A stretch of 64,000 bases of DNA from an uncultured delta proteobacterium (lineage in GTDB: Bacteria; Desulfobacterota; Binatia; Binatales; Binataceae), in contig CAWEEQ010000004.1 of the NCBI GenBank assembly GCA_963808235.1, positions 3,104,001-3,168,000 on the forward strand, given 5' to 3'. Each line of letters opens with the position of its first letter. Position 1 is the first letter of the stretch. Of the stretch, positions 1 through 9,818 are shown in pieces. Below the pieces are notes generated by a model. That model was not told where the DNA came from. It was given only the letters and a program-made list of their open reading frames with translations, and did no database searches. A program made the position numbers and the translations under genes.

Positions 1-569
1 TCGAGACCGGTAGGCTGCTCGGTGTCGGCGAAGGGTTGCCGAAGCTGGTGGAATTCGATCATACATTCTTCAGCGCCGACGGCTCGGTACTCGAACGCGC
101 GCATGTCGATCTGAGAACGGGCGCGTCGACCTGCACTCACACCAATGCCGGCGTCAGAAGCGACGCGTCGGCCGTGCTGCAATTCCCCGAAGACACCTGG
201 GCAGGCGCCAGCGTGGTGATCCCGATTCAGCACTTTCTCCGCAGCAGCGACAAGTCACTGCCGTCACTGCATGTCTTCAATTGTGCGCCGGAGCCAAAAA
301 TATTTGCGATCAGCCTGCAGACCGATCCCGGCCCCGCGGTATGGACGCCCTACGGCGGCAACGCGCTCCGGGTCGAGGCGCGGCCGGATTTCGGATGGCT
401 TAATTTGGTCGTTACCGCGTTCGTGCCCAGGCTGCACATCTGGTTCGATCCGGGCAATGAATGGACGTTTGTCGGCGATGAAGCGGCGCGATTCTACCAG
501 GGCACCAAGATCATGCTGGTGAAGTCGACTGTCGACGCGGCCGCTCCTCAGCTCAGCACCACTCGGTAG
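1..569 (+). CDS. Hypothetical protein, 5'-truncated by window edge
   Basis: Frame of ORF 36..569 stays open back to position 3; protein-like composition; no family recognised. Confidence 0.6.
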   Translation, partial: ETGRLLGVGEGLPKLVEFDHTFFSADGSVLERAHVDLRTGASTCTHTNAGVRSDASAVLQFPEDTWAGASVVIPIQHFLRSSDKSLPSLHVFNCAPEPKIFAISLQTDPGPAVWTPYGGNALRVEARPDFGWLNLVVTAFVPRLHIWFDPGNEWTFVGDEAARFYQGTKIMLVKSTVDAAAPQLSTTR

Positions 570-643
570 AGACGTCTGCCACGACGCGCTCGAATCGGAT
601 TCGCGCGCAGCCGCCGCTCTTCAAAACAAAATCGATGTGTTTT

Positions 644-889
644 CTAAAAGTGGACGATGCCCTCGCCCTCGGGATGCCGCACGTTTGAGGGCTTGGGCTT
701 TCGATACTGAAAGGAAGTGTTGCATTGATGGCAGGTGCCTTCGGGCTGCTGTCCGCTGCGCCGCACCAGCTTGACGTAGCGCACCGATCCGTCGCTGCAC
801 AGATGTCCCGCGACCGGGAAATCGTACACCGTCCGGACCGATACCCGCGCGGTTGACTGATCGCGCGCCACAGAAGTCTTCTCACTCAT
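644..889 (-). CDS. Small hypothetical protein, possible zinc ribbon
   Basis: 81 aa ATG ORF with HLC and CHQC motifs; upstream GAGGGAG/GGAAG RBS-like sequence. Confidence 0.5.
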   Translation of the reverse strand: MSEKTSVARDQSTARVSVRTVYDFPVAGHLCSDGSVRYVKLVRRSGQQPEGTCHQCNTSFQYRKPKPSNVRHPEGEGIVHF

Positions 890-1007
890 TCTTCCGCTAG
901 AGCTCCCTCATTTGAAATTTTCGCATTCCTTTCCTTGTACGTGTGGCGCCCCGTTTCGTTTCGGCCGCCGGTTCGAATGAAACAAGATAATGAAATTTCG
1001 TTTTCGA

Positions 1008-3827
1008 TCAATCCTTTTGATGCTCGAAAGATGAATTTATTTTCGCTGCCCGCCTCGGCCGAACCTCGAAGGTCAAAATCTGGAACGGCTTAAGCTCGAG
1101 CGCGAGTGCACCGTCGCGCGAGCGCTTTGCCGCGATGCTCTTCACCGCGCGTCCGGCAAGATCGACAATGCGCGCGCGGCTGCGGCTTCCAAATGTCAAT
1201 TTCGCACGCTCCGGATTCGGCGACGCGCTGTAAACGCGCACTTTGTACGCATTCGCGAGCGCTTGCGGACGCGCGGTGGAAAAAACGATCCGCGGATTGT
1301 CGCATCGGATCAGCGCGCCGAACTCGCCCAACGCGCCGACGTTGCAGCCCTGAAACAAGCGCGGCGCGGAAGTGTAGGCTTCGACCCGCTGGATCAGGTC
1401 GCCGTCAAGATAGCTGCCCCGAAAAGTCGTGACTGCAAATTCAAATCGATGTGCTCCCAGCTCCTGCGCATCAGGCGTCTCCAACTCCGGACCCGCCCCG
1501 CCCCGCCGCGTCGCGAGGTCGGATCGCGAGAGCCATCCAATGCATCGAAGCAACGTCAGCAGAATTGTCGAGCCCGCGGGCTCGGGGCGTGCTTCAACTT
1601 CAAGAATACCCCTGCTCATCAGAGCGGCGGAAAAATCCGCGCCCTCGACGGCGGTGAACGTCCGATGCGGCCCGGTTGGATATATAGCTTCGGCGCCGCG
1701 CGCCTCCGACGGCGTCAGACTACGGCGCAGCACGCCGAAGCTGGTGTCGTGAACCGCGTCGGATGCGCTGACGGGCGTGCGAAGCGCGGCGCGCAATCGA
1801 TGGTCTCGCGCGCGATTCGTGACTTCCGCGATAAAATCGATTCGTTCAAGGCCCGAATGAAGCGTGGCGCAGAGGTCGATTGACATTTTCTCGCGTTCCT
1901 GCGAGCGCGAGCGTCGATCGCCGGCAAGTCCGGCCGGCACATCGAATACCATCGCAACATTGATCCGCCTGCGATAACGACCATCGTCGAGTACGCGCGC
2001 CGATATCGACGCCGGCTCCACGATCGCGGCAGTCTCGGGCACCGGATCGAAGTTGTACTCGTCGCCGCGGTCGCCGTCGTCTTCGAAATACAATTCCATC
2101 GAGGAATTGTGTTTGAGATCGCGAATCTCCAGGCCGCGCGACGTCGGAGTCAGGCGGAAAAACTCATTTTCAATTGAACTGGCCGATTGCGGCCCAGCGA
2201 TCGCCTCGCTCGCGCGAGAATCGTCGCGAACCAGCCGATATGAGCTGAAGCCCGCTTGCGCAAGGTCGTCCGCGACGAAACTGAGTTTGCATCGCGGAGC
2301 ATTGAGCGCGTGAATCCGCACCGTTCCCGAATCCGGAATTTCGGCGCGGACGGCGTGCCTGAATCCTTCCAGATCCAGATCGCTGAAAGCGGCCCGGCTC
2401 ATAAAAAGGTTCACTTGCGCGCGCCCGTCGGACGCCTTCACGATCTCGTAGCGATTCACGGTGCGGCCGAAAATAGCCGGCTGGCTGAGCCCGCCCACGA
2501 TCGATTTGAATTCCGCAGCCGGCATCGTTGTGTCGAACGCTCGCTCGGCGCGAGCAACGTCAAGCGTGACGGGAATGTGTCGCCCGTCGGAAGTTTGCAC
2601 CGCGTAATGGGCATTCGGCTCGTCGATTTCGGCTTCGCCGCTCACCAGCGCGCGCCGCGCGAACGAAGGATTGAATACCGCAAACTCCGCGGCGCCCGCG
2701 GTCGACTCGGCGAGGCACGCGCGCGCCGCGCGGCGCGTCACCGTCTCCGCGAGCATCTGGGCCTGGTCGAAGCGATAGCGCATGTCGGTATGCACCTGGT
2801 CGACCGAGCATCCGCAGATCGAATCGTGCGGATGGTTCTGAATCTCCGTCCGCCATGCCATCTCGAGGTATGCGTCGAGTCCTTCGCTGCGTCCGAGCGC
2901 GTTCGCAAGCGCCGCCAGCGGGTCTGCATAACGCTCGAGCGCGCGGCAATTTTCAAAATCGCGCTGCTTGATCCAAGTGCGCGCGGAAGTTACCCCGGGC
3001 AGAAGATACGAGCGATACGGCGAGCGAAGTTCGCCGCGATGGCTTGGGGTGCCATCGAGAGCAAGCTCGGCAATTCGGCGGACATACGTTTCCAGCGGAC
3101 CTACTTCGAACGTCATCGCGGAAGTCTCACGCGCTTCGTTGACTCGGGTCATCAGGCGCGGGTCGGGGTCGGCGTGATCGGTCCCATTCATCACCAGGAT
3201 CGGCGCGCCGTTTGCGAACTCGCGCTCACGCTCCGCGATTTGTTCCGCGCGCGCAACGAAACTGTCGACCGATTCCAGCGGCAGGTTGGCGCCGTTCGCA
3301 TAGCTGTTGGGCAAATAAACAGTCAGCACCGACGAGCCGTCGAGCGCAGTCCAGGTAAAGCGATTCCGATCCACGTCGGCGCCGACTCCGCGCCACAGAA
3401 CCGCGGTCGTGAATCCGAACCCGGCGAGAATCTGCGGCATCTGCGCGATATGCCCAAACTGGTCGGGCAGGTACCCAACTTCTAGGTGCCGCCCGAAGCG
3501 GCGCGCAATCGCCATCCCGATCTCGAGATTGCGAATCAGCGACTCGCCGCTCACCAGGAAGCTGTCCGCGAGGACGTACCACGGACCGATTTGTATTTTG
3601 CCGGCCGCGACGAGCGCGCGAAGCCGCCGCTCGGCCTGCGGCCGCACTTCCAGATAATCCTCGAGCACGATCGTCTGCCCATCAAAATGAAAAAACGGAA
3701 TCGTGCCGCGCTCGACCAACGGGATCATTCGATCGGCCATGGCAACCAGCCGCGCGCGCATCTGCTGAAACGGCTGGTACCATTCGCGATCCCAATGGGT
3801 GTGAACGACGAAGTATAAACTATCCAT
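1008..3827 (-). CDS. Alpha-mannosidase, glycoside hydrolase family 38 (MngB-like)
   Basis: HTHWDREWY, DGQ, YLPDQFGH, NGTDH and HDSICGCS motifs of GH38. Confidence 0.92.
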   Translation of the reverse strand: MDSLYFVVHTHWDREWYQPFQQMRARLVAMADRMIPLVERGTIPFFHFDGQTIVLEDYLEVRPQAERRLRALVAAGKIQIGPWYVLADSFLVSGESLIRNLEIGMAIARRFGRHLEVGYLPDQFGHIAQMPQILAGFGFTTAVLWRGVGADVDRNRFTWTALDGSSVLTVYLPNSYANGANLPLESVDSFVARAEQIAEREREFANGAPILVMNGTDHADPDPRLMTRVNEARETSAMTFEVGPLETYVRRIAELALDGTPSHRGELRSPYRSYLLPGVTSARTWIKQRDFENCRALERYADPLAALANALGRSEGLDAYLEMAWRTEIQNHPHDSICGCSVDQVHTDMRYRFDQAQMLAETVTRRAARACLAESTAGAAEFAVFNPSFARRALVSGEAEIDEPNAHYAVQTSDGRHIPVTLDVARAERAFDTTMPAAEFKSIVGGLSQPAIFGRTVNRYEIVKASDGRAQVNLFMSRAAFSDLDLEGFRHAVRAEIPDSGTVRIHALNAPRCKLSFVADDLAQAGFSSYRLVRDDSRASEAIAGPQSASSIENEFFRLTPTSRGLEIRDLKHNSSMELYFEDDGDRGDEYNFDPVPETAAIVEPASISARVLDDGRYRRRINVAMVFDVPAGLAGDRRSRSQEREKMSIDLCATLHSGLERIDFIAEVTNRARDHRLRAALRTPVSASDAVHDTSFGVLRRSLTPSEARGAEAIYPTGPHRTFTAVEGADFSAALMSRGILEVEARPEPAGSTILLTLLRCIGWLSRSDLATRRGGAGPELETPDAQELGAHRFEFAVTTFRGSYLDGDLIQRVEAYTSAPRLFQGCNVGALGEFGALIRCDNPRIVFSTARPQALANAYKVRVYSASPNPERAKLTFGSRSRARIVDLAGRAVKSIAAKRSRDGALALELKPFQILTFEVRPRRAAKINSSFEHQKD

Positions 3828-3842
3828 GTGTCTCGATGCGGC

Positions 3843-4307
3843 TTAAGCGGGCCGCCGCGGAAGCAGAATTTTGCGCCGCAGAATCATGATCTCCTCGCCG
3901 CGCTGATTCAGCCCGCGCGTTTCGACATAGATCACGCCGCGATCGGGTTTCGATTTCGACGCCGTCGTCTCGAGCACCGTCGTCTCCGAGTAAAGCGTGT
4001 CGCCCGCAAATGTCGGCCCGCTGTGGCGCACCGATTCGTATTCAAGATTTGCGATCGCATTCTCGCTCACGTCCTTGACGCTCATGCCGACTACTGTCGC
4101 CATCACCAGCAAGCCGTTGACCAGCGGCCGCCCATGCTGCGTCGTCGCGGCGTAGGCTGCGTCGAAGTGAACGGGGTTGGTGTTCATGGTCATCAGGGTG
4201 AACCAGGTGTTGTCGAACTCGGTAATCGTGCGCCCAGGCCAATGCTTGAAAAGCTGGCCGGCGCTGAAATCCTCGAAGTAGCGTGTCATTCGAATCGGTT
4301 GCGGCAT
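3843..4307 (-). CDS. MaoC family dehydratase
   Basis: RYFEDF..G, GRTITEFDN, NTNPVHFDAAYA hot-dog motifs; start 4307 or 4289. Confidence 0.9.
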   Translation of the reverse strand: MPQPIRMTRYFEDFSAGQLFKHWPGRTITEFDNTWFTLMTMNTNPVHFDAAYAATTQHGRPLVNGLLVMATVVGMSVKDVSENAIANLEYESVRHSGPTFAGDTLYSETTVLETTASKSKPDRGVIYVETRGLNQRGEEIMILRRKILLPRRPA

Positions 4308-4414
4308 CCGCACGCGCCGCAGTTAGCGGAATTATAAGAACCGCGCCCCGGTTGCAATTCACGCGACGCACCGTATGTCAGTTTCGATTAATCATGGTAG
4401 CTTCGTCGCAATCA

Positions 4415-5917
4415 ATGAACCGCAAGCTCACCAAATTGCTCATCGCGAATCGCGGCGAAATCGCGCTCCGGATCATCCGCAGTGCGCGCCTCTTCGGTTT
4501 GCGGACGGTCGCGGTTTTTTCGGAGGCCGACGCGATGAGCACGCACGTCGCCGCCGCCGACGAAGCAATATTGATCGGCCCGGCGGAAGCGTCGAAGAGC
4601 TACCTGGACATCGCGAAAATAATCGCCGCCGCGAGACAATCCGGCGCCGATGCGATCCATCCCGGCTACGGATTTCTGTCCGAGCGTGCCGAATTTGCGC
4701 GCGCATCCGCCGATGCCGGAATCGTATTCGTGGGACCGCGACCCGAAGTGATGGCGGCGCTCGGCGACAAGGTCGCGGCGCGGAGAATCGCGTCCGCCGC
4801 CGGTGTGCCGGTCGTGCCCGGAATCGAAACCGCGGAAATTTCCGCGGCCCGCGAGTTCGCGCAGCAGGTCGATTATCCAATCCTGGTGAAAGCCGCGGCG
4901 GGCGGAGGCGGACGCGGGATGCGCGTGGTCGCGCAAGCCGCGCAGCTCGAAAGCGCGCTCGAAGCGGCTTCACATGAAGCGGCTGCTGCGTTCGGCGACG
5001 GCAGAATCTTCATCGAGAAATATCTCGCGCGCCCCCGCCACATAGAGGTGCAGATTCTCGGCGATGAAGCAGGCGGCGCAGTCGCCTTCGGCGAGCGCGA
5101 GTGCTCGATCCAGCGCCGACATCAGAAAATTATCGAAGAGTCGCCGGCCCCGGGACTCTCAGCGCCGATGCGCGCGAAGATAATCGATGCCGCGCTGAAT
5201 CTCGTTCGCGCTGCGAAATACAGCAACGCAGGTACGGTCGAGTTCCTGGTCGAGGGTGACAATTTCTATTTCCTCGAAGTGAATGCGCGCCTTCAGGTCG
5301 AGCATCCGGTAACCGAGATGCGTTTTGGATGCGACCTCGTGTGCGAGCAGTTGCGAATCGCGTCGGGCGGCAAGGTGCCGGAGGTCTTGCCGCCGCGCGG
5401 CGCCGCGATCGAGTGCCGAATCAACGCCGAAGATCCCGAGCACAACTTCCACCCGGCGACGGGGACCGTCCTTCATCTCAATGTCCCCGCCGGCCCCGGA
5501 GTGCGCTTTGACTCGCACCTTGCACTCGGCGCGGAAGTGACGCCGTGGTACGACGGCCTCCTCGGCAAGCTCGTTTGCTACGGCGCCGATCGCGAGGAAG
5601 CACGCCGCCGGATCGTCAACGCGCTCGACGAGTTCGCGCTGCTGGGCGTGACGAACAACGCCTCCTACTTGCGGGACATCGTTGCCGGCGATCAGTTTCG
5701 AGACGCGAAACTATCGACCCGGTTCATCGAGGAGTTTTTCTCGGAGTGGCATCCCGCCGAAGCGCAGATCGCGTCGGCGCTTGTTGCCGCTGCGATGACT
5801 GCCGACGGAGCGTTCGGCGATGCGCGACAATCCGCTGGCGCTGTATCGCCGAACGGCGCAAGTACATCGCCATGGGAGAGCCTCAGAAATTTTGAGCTCT
5901 GGGGATCGCGGCGATGA
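4415..5917 (+). CDS. Acyl-CoA carboxylase, biotin carboxylase subunit
   Basis: KLLIANRGEIA, IHPGYGFLSE, GGGGRGMR, ERECSIQRRHQK, FLEVNARLQVEHPVTE; start moved to ATG 4415. Confidence 0.93.
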   Translation: MNRKLTKLLIANRGEIALRIIRSARLFGLRTVAVFSEADAMSTHVAAADEAILIGPAEASKSYLDIAKIIAAARQSGADAIHPGYGFLSERAEFARASADAGIVFVGPRPEVMAALGDKVAARRIASAAGVPVVPGIETAEISAAREFAQQVDYPILVKAAAGGGGRGMRVVAQAAQLESALEAASHEAAAAFGDGRIFIEKYLARPRHIEVQILGDEAGGAVAFGERECSIQRRHQKIIEESPAPGLSAPMRAKIIDAALNLVRAAKYSNAGTVEFLVEGDNFYFLEVNARLQVEHPVTEMRFGCDLVCEQLRIASGGKVPEVLPPRGAAIECRINAEDPEHNFHPATGTVLHLNVPAGPGVRFDSHLALGAEVTPWYDGLLGKLVCYGADREEARRRIVNALDEFALLGVTNNASYLRDIVAGDQFRDAKLSTRFIEEFFSEWHPAEAQIASALVAAAMTADGAFGDARQSAGAVSPNGASTSPWESLRNFELWGSRR

Positions 5918-6444
5918 AACTGAAACGCGCGGGCGACGCCCGTGAATTCGACGTCGAGTTGATCTCGCGCGGAGCCGCGCTTCGAATACGCGTCGGCGAA
6001 AAGGAAATCACCGCGCAGTTCGCAGCGAACGCCGGACGCGGCGGCACTCTTACGATCGACGGACGTCGCTACCCAATTTTCGGCGTGCGGCGAAAAGATT
6101 CGATCCTTGTTTCCGTCGGCCCGGCATCCTTCGAATTCAAACCGGCTGAGGAATCTTCACGCCGCCGCCGCGCCCGCGGCCTCGCCGCGCCCGAGATAAC
6201 CGCGCCGATGCCGGGCAAGGTCCTGAGAGTCCTGGTGCGCGACGGCGATTTGGTCAAAGCCGGCCAGCCCCTGGTAGTAATCGAAGCAATGAAAATGGAG
6301 ACCACGCTCGCCGCCGAGAGCGACGCCCTCATCAGACGCGTTCGCGTCGGCGTCGGCCAGTCGGTCGATCACGGCGCGGTGCTGATCGATCTCAGTCCGC
6401 CTCCGGGTTCATCAACCGGCGAATCTGCTCCTCGAGCGTCGTGA
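5914..6444 (+). CDS. Biotin carboxyl carrier protein (biotinyl domain)
   Basis: APMPGKV...EAMKME biotinylation motif; ATGA overlap with the upstream carboxylase. Confidence 0.92.
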   Translation: MKLKRAGDAREFDVELISRGAALRIRVGEKEITAQFAANAGRGGTLTIDGRRYPIFGVRRKDSILVSVGPASFEFKPAEESSRRRRARGLAAPEITAPMPGKVLRVLVRDGDLVKAGQPLVVIEAMKMETTLAAESDALIRRVRVGVGQSVDHGAVLIDLSPPPGSSTGESAPRAS

Positions 6445-6625
6445 TCCACTCGTCGAATTCTGCGTCACGCTCGACCACGATCTCGAGCTTCCCGTCTTTC
6501 ATAATCGAGACGCGCCCCGGATGTTCCGTGCGCAGTGGAATCACCACTGCCTCGCGCGAGATGTTCATCGGATCGATGACCGCGAAAATTCTTTCGATTT
6601 CCTTGAGCGTAACCGCCTTCAGCAT
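6392..6625 (-). CDS. Small hypothetical protein
   Basis: 77 aa ATG ORF with globular-protein composition; convergent overlap with BCCP tail. Confidence 0.6.
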   Translation of the reverse strand: MLKAVTLKEIERIFAVIDPMNISREAVVIPLRTEHPGRVSIMKDGKLEIVVERDAEFDEWITTLEEQIRRLMNPEAD

Positions 6626-6694
6626 GCTCTTTACTTAAGCCGCACAGGTCGTAAGCTCAAGGCGTTGAACGCGATCGGCGGAGGAGGCTATCGA

Positions 6695-6898
6695 GTGTTT
6701 GGCACAATCAAGAAGGTGGTCAAGGACAAGGGCTTCGGTTTCATAACTCCCGATGACGGCGGCGATGAAGTTTTTTTTCATCGCTCGCGCCTGTCGCCCA
6801 AGGTTTATTTCGACGACCTGCGCGAGGGCACCGACGTTCAGTTCGAGATAAAGCCGGGCGAGAAAGGACGCCAAGCATTCAACTTGCGCTTAAGATAA
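6695..6898 (+). CDS. Cold-shock domain protein
   Basis: KGFGFITPDDGGDEVFFH RNP motifs; GGAGGAGG RBS before GTG 6695. Confidence 0.93.
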   Translation: MFGTIKKVVKDKGFGFITPDDGGDEVFFHRSRLSPKVYFDDLREGTDVQFEIKPGEKGRQAFNLRLR

Positions 6899-6934
6899 TT
6901 CGCATGAAGTCGATGAGTCACTGAAAAAAGCTGC

Positions 6935-8458
6935 TCATCGCGTTAACGCAAACCATCGCTTCATCAGTCCGGCAACGAACGGCGTGAGCCGGGTGCGCGT
7001 GTAGAGTCCGGCGGCGCGTCGGATTGCGTCGGCCTGGGTCGGGTACGGATGTATCACGTCGCCAAGCTTGCCGAGTCCGACGCCCGCGGCGATCGCCGTC
7101 GTCAGTTCCGAGATCATTTCGCCGGCGTGGCTCGCGACGATCGTAGCGCCGACTATCTGGTCGCTGCCCTTCCGAACGTGCACCTTGACGAATCCGTCCG
7201 TCTCCCCGTCCAGCACGGCGCGATCCACCTCCGACAGTTCCTGCGTGTAGGTACTGACTTCGATTCCGCGTTGTTTTGCTTCGGCTTCATATAGTCCGAC
7301 GTGCGCGATTTCAGGATCGGTGTACGTGCACCATGGAATAGTAAGTTGGCTGACGCGTTGACGGCCGAAGAATAGTGCGTTGCGGATAAGTATTCGCGCG
7401 TGCGCGTCTGACAGATGGGTGAACTTGTATGGCGACGCTACATCGCCGGCCGCGTACACCAATGGATTCGTGGTGCGCAGATAGTCGTCGACCTTGACGC
7501 CGTTTTGCTTGTCGTATTCGATCATCGCGGCTTCCAGGTTCAGGCCTTCGACGGCGGGGACGCGCCCGACCCCGATTAGGATTTCGTCGGCTGCGATCTC
7601 GCGGCGGACGCCTTCGTGCTCGGTAGCGATCACTTTCTCGGCACCGCGGCGCTCGACGCCGGTGATTTTGCATCCGGTGACGATATTCACGCCGTCGCGG
7701 ACGATCGCGCGCTCGACGCGCTCAGCCGCGTCACGATCTTCGCGGATCAGAATTTGCGGAGCGACTTCGAGCAAAGTTACTTCGGCTCCAAAGCGCTCGA
7801 ACACTTGCGCGAGTTCGCATCCGATTGGACCGGCGCCGATCACCGCGATTCGGCGCGGCAGCTCGGTCAGCGAAAAGACCGTCTCGTTGGTGAGGTAGCC
7901 GGCCTCCGCCAGGCCGGGAATCGGAAGCCCCGCGGCGCGAGCGCCGGTTGCGATCGCCGCTTTCTTGTAACGCAATTTTTTCCCGTCAACCTCGACACAG
8001 TCGGGCGCTATGAAACGGCCGTCGCCGATGAAGACGTCCACACCGAGACCGCGGAATCGATTGGCGGAGTCAATCGGACTCAGCCCCGCGCGCAGCTTGC
8101 GCATCCGTTCCATCACCGCCGGAAAATTGACCCGGGTGCCGGCAGGGACTTCGACGCCGAATCGACCAGCGTCGCGAACTTCCGCGGCGGCTCGCGCGGA
8201 GCGGATCAACGCTTTCGATGGAACGCATCCGAAGTTCAGGCAATCTCCGCCCATAAGATCGCGCTCGACCAGCGCAACCTTCGCGCCGAGTATCGCGGCG
8301 CCCGCCGCCGTCACGAGGCCGGCGGTGCCCGCGCCAATCACGACGATGTTGTAGCGCCGCGCCGGTTCCGGATTGACCCATCCCGCGGGATGCAGATTTT
8401 CGGTGAGGGTCTGGTTGTAGGTGTCGAGCGGCTCGTGTTTGAGCGCGTGCGATGCCAT
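6935..8458 (-). CDS. FAD-dependent pyridine nucleotide-disulfide oxidoreductase (MerA-like, no C-terminal Cys pair)
   Basis: GAGTAG, GGDCLNFGCVPSK, GAGPIG, HPYPTQ motifs. Confidence 0.88.
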   Translation of the reverse strand: MASHALKHEPLDTYNQTLTENLHPAGWVNPEPARRYNIVVIGAGTAGLVTAAGAAILGAKVALVERDLMGGDCLNFGCVPSKALIRSARAAAEVRDAGRFGVEVPAGTRVNFPAVMERMRKLRAGLSPIDSANRFRGLGVDVFIGDGRFIAPDCVEVDGKKLRYKKAAIATGARAAGLPIPGLAEAGYLTNETVFSLTELPRRIAVIGAGPIGCELAQVFERFGAEVTLLEVAPQILIREDRDAAERVERAIVRDGVNIVTGCKITGVERRGAEKVIATEHEGVRREIAADEILIGVGRVPAVEGLNLEAAMIEYDKQNGVKVDDYLRTTNPLVYAAGDVASPYKFTHLSDAHARILIRNALFFGRQRVSQLTIPWCTYTDPEIAHVGLYEAEAKQRGIEVSTYTQELSEVDRAVLDGETDGFVKVHVRKGSDQIVGATIVASHAGEMISELTTAIAAGVGLGKLGDVIHPYPTQADAIRRAAGLYTRTRLTPFVAGLMKRWFALTR

Positions 8459-8484
8459 CGGAATGCCTCTCTCGGTTCAGGTTT

Positions 8485-9195
8485 TCAGGTCTTTTCGCGC
8501 AGCGCCCGTGCGCCGATTCGCGTCGCGTACACGACGACTGCGACCGTCGCGATAAATCCGACCGCGTCGAGCGCCCATCCCGCGGGAGTTCGCGTCGCGC
8601 TGCCCGCTCCGGCGCCGGCGAGGTCGCCACTCAGCGAGCCGATATAAACATAGAGAATGGTGCCGGGAATCATCCCGACCCACGACGCGAAAAAGTAGTC
8701 GCGCAATGTCACGCGGGTCAGCCCGTACGCATAGTTGAGCAGGTTGAACGGGAACACCGGCGAGAGCCGCGTCAGGATGACGATTTTCCATCCCTCCCTG
8801 CCCACTGCTTCGTCAATCGCTTTGAACTTCGCGTTGCCTTCGAGTTTTTTTGCGATCCAGTCGCGCGCGAAATAGCGCCCGACGATAAATGCCGCCGTCG
8901 CACCGAGCGTCGCCGCGATCGAAACGTAAATCGAGCCGCGCACCACGCCGAAAATCACCCCCGCGCCGATCGTGAGAATCGAGCCGGGAAGAAACAGCAC
9001 GCAGGCCGCGATGTAGATTGCGATAAAAGCAACCGGCGCGAGCGCACCGAGCCCGCGAATCCAGTCGAGCGCATTCTTCAGGATCGGTCCCGCGCCCAGC
9101 CGATGGGCTCCGTACAGAATCGCGATCGCGATCAGAACGATCAGAATGACTTTCGGACGAAGCAATCCGGCAACTCGGCTGACGACAGTGGGCAT
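8485..9195 (-). CDS. TVP38/TMEM64 (VTT, DedA-like) membrane protein
   Basis: LFLPGSILTIGAG, LTRLSPVFPFNLLNYAYGLT, GMIPGT motifs. Confidence 0.9.
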   Translation of the reverse strand: MPTVVSRVAGLLRPKVILIVLIAIAILYGAHRLGAGPILKNALDWIRGLGALAPVAFIAIYIAACVLFLPGSILTIGAGVIFGVVRGSIYVSIAATLGATAAFIVGRYFARDWIAKKLEGNAKFKAIDEAVGREGWKIVILTRLSPVFPFNLLNYAYGLTRVTLRDYFFASWVGMIPGTILYVYIGSLSGDLAGAGAGSATRTPAGWALDAVGFIATVAVVVYATRIGARALREKT

Positions 9196-9320
9196 CGTGG
9201 AAGCTCCGGTATCCGAAATCCGCGAGCCGCGAAACGTTAAAAGTTAAAAGCGTTTCCGCATAAGCATCGCGGCCGCGGACTGCTTATAATGCCATCGAGG
9301 AATATGTAATCCTAACTCGC

Positions 9321-9818
9321 ATGTCCGTCCACGAGCACAAGCGCCACGCGCACACCAATCTCAAGGTCGGCGTGATTACCGCCAGCGATACGCGGACGCC
9401 GGAGACTGACGAGAGTGGCAAACTCATCCGGATGCTCTTCGAGGGCGCCGGCCATCAGGTGAGTTACTACGAAGTTCTGCCGGATGAGGGCGAGAAGATC
9501 TCAGCGGCGATCGTGAACAACCTGCCCGATCTCGATGCGATCGTGATCAACGGCGGCACTGGAATCAGCGCGCGCGACGGCGGCACCGAAGTTGTGAAGT
9601 CGCTGATAGACAAGGAGCTCGAGGGATTCGGCGAGATCTTCAGGATGCTCTCGTTCAACGAGATTGGCTCGGCGGCGATCATGAGCCGCGCGATCGCGGG
9701 CGTGCGCAGTGGCAAGTTCATCGCCGTTCTCCCCGGCTCGCCCGATGCGTGCCGCCTCGCGATGGAAAAACTTATCATCCCGGAAATTGGACACATAGTT
9801 TCTCTGCTCGGAAAATGA
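9321..9818 (+). CDS. moaB: Molybdenum cofactor biosynthesis protein MoaB/MogA
   Basis: VITASDTR, DESG, GGTGIS, SRAIAG, LPGSP motifs. Confidence 0.88.
   Translation: MSVHEHKRHAHTNLKVGVITASDTRTPETDESGKLIRMLFEGAGHQVSYYEVLPDEGEKISAAIVNNLPDLDAIVINGGTGISARDGGTEVVKSLIDKELEGFGEIFRMLSFNEIGSAAIMSRAIAGVRSGKFIAVLPGSPDACRLAMEKLIIPEIGHIVSLLGK

Noticed and set aside
2256-3485. Long antisense or alternative-frame ORFs (also 22459..23556, 32605..33912, 35615..36871, 44394..45626, 57970..59043)
   Set aside because: Shadow ORFs of real high-GC genes with no recognisable motifs
6935-8458. True mercuric reductase merA
   Set aside because: Lacks the C-terminal Cys-Cys pair and NmerA domain; no merR/merT/merP
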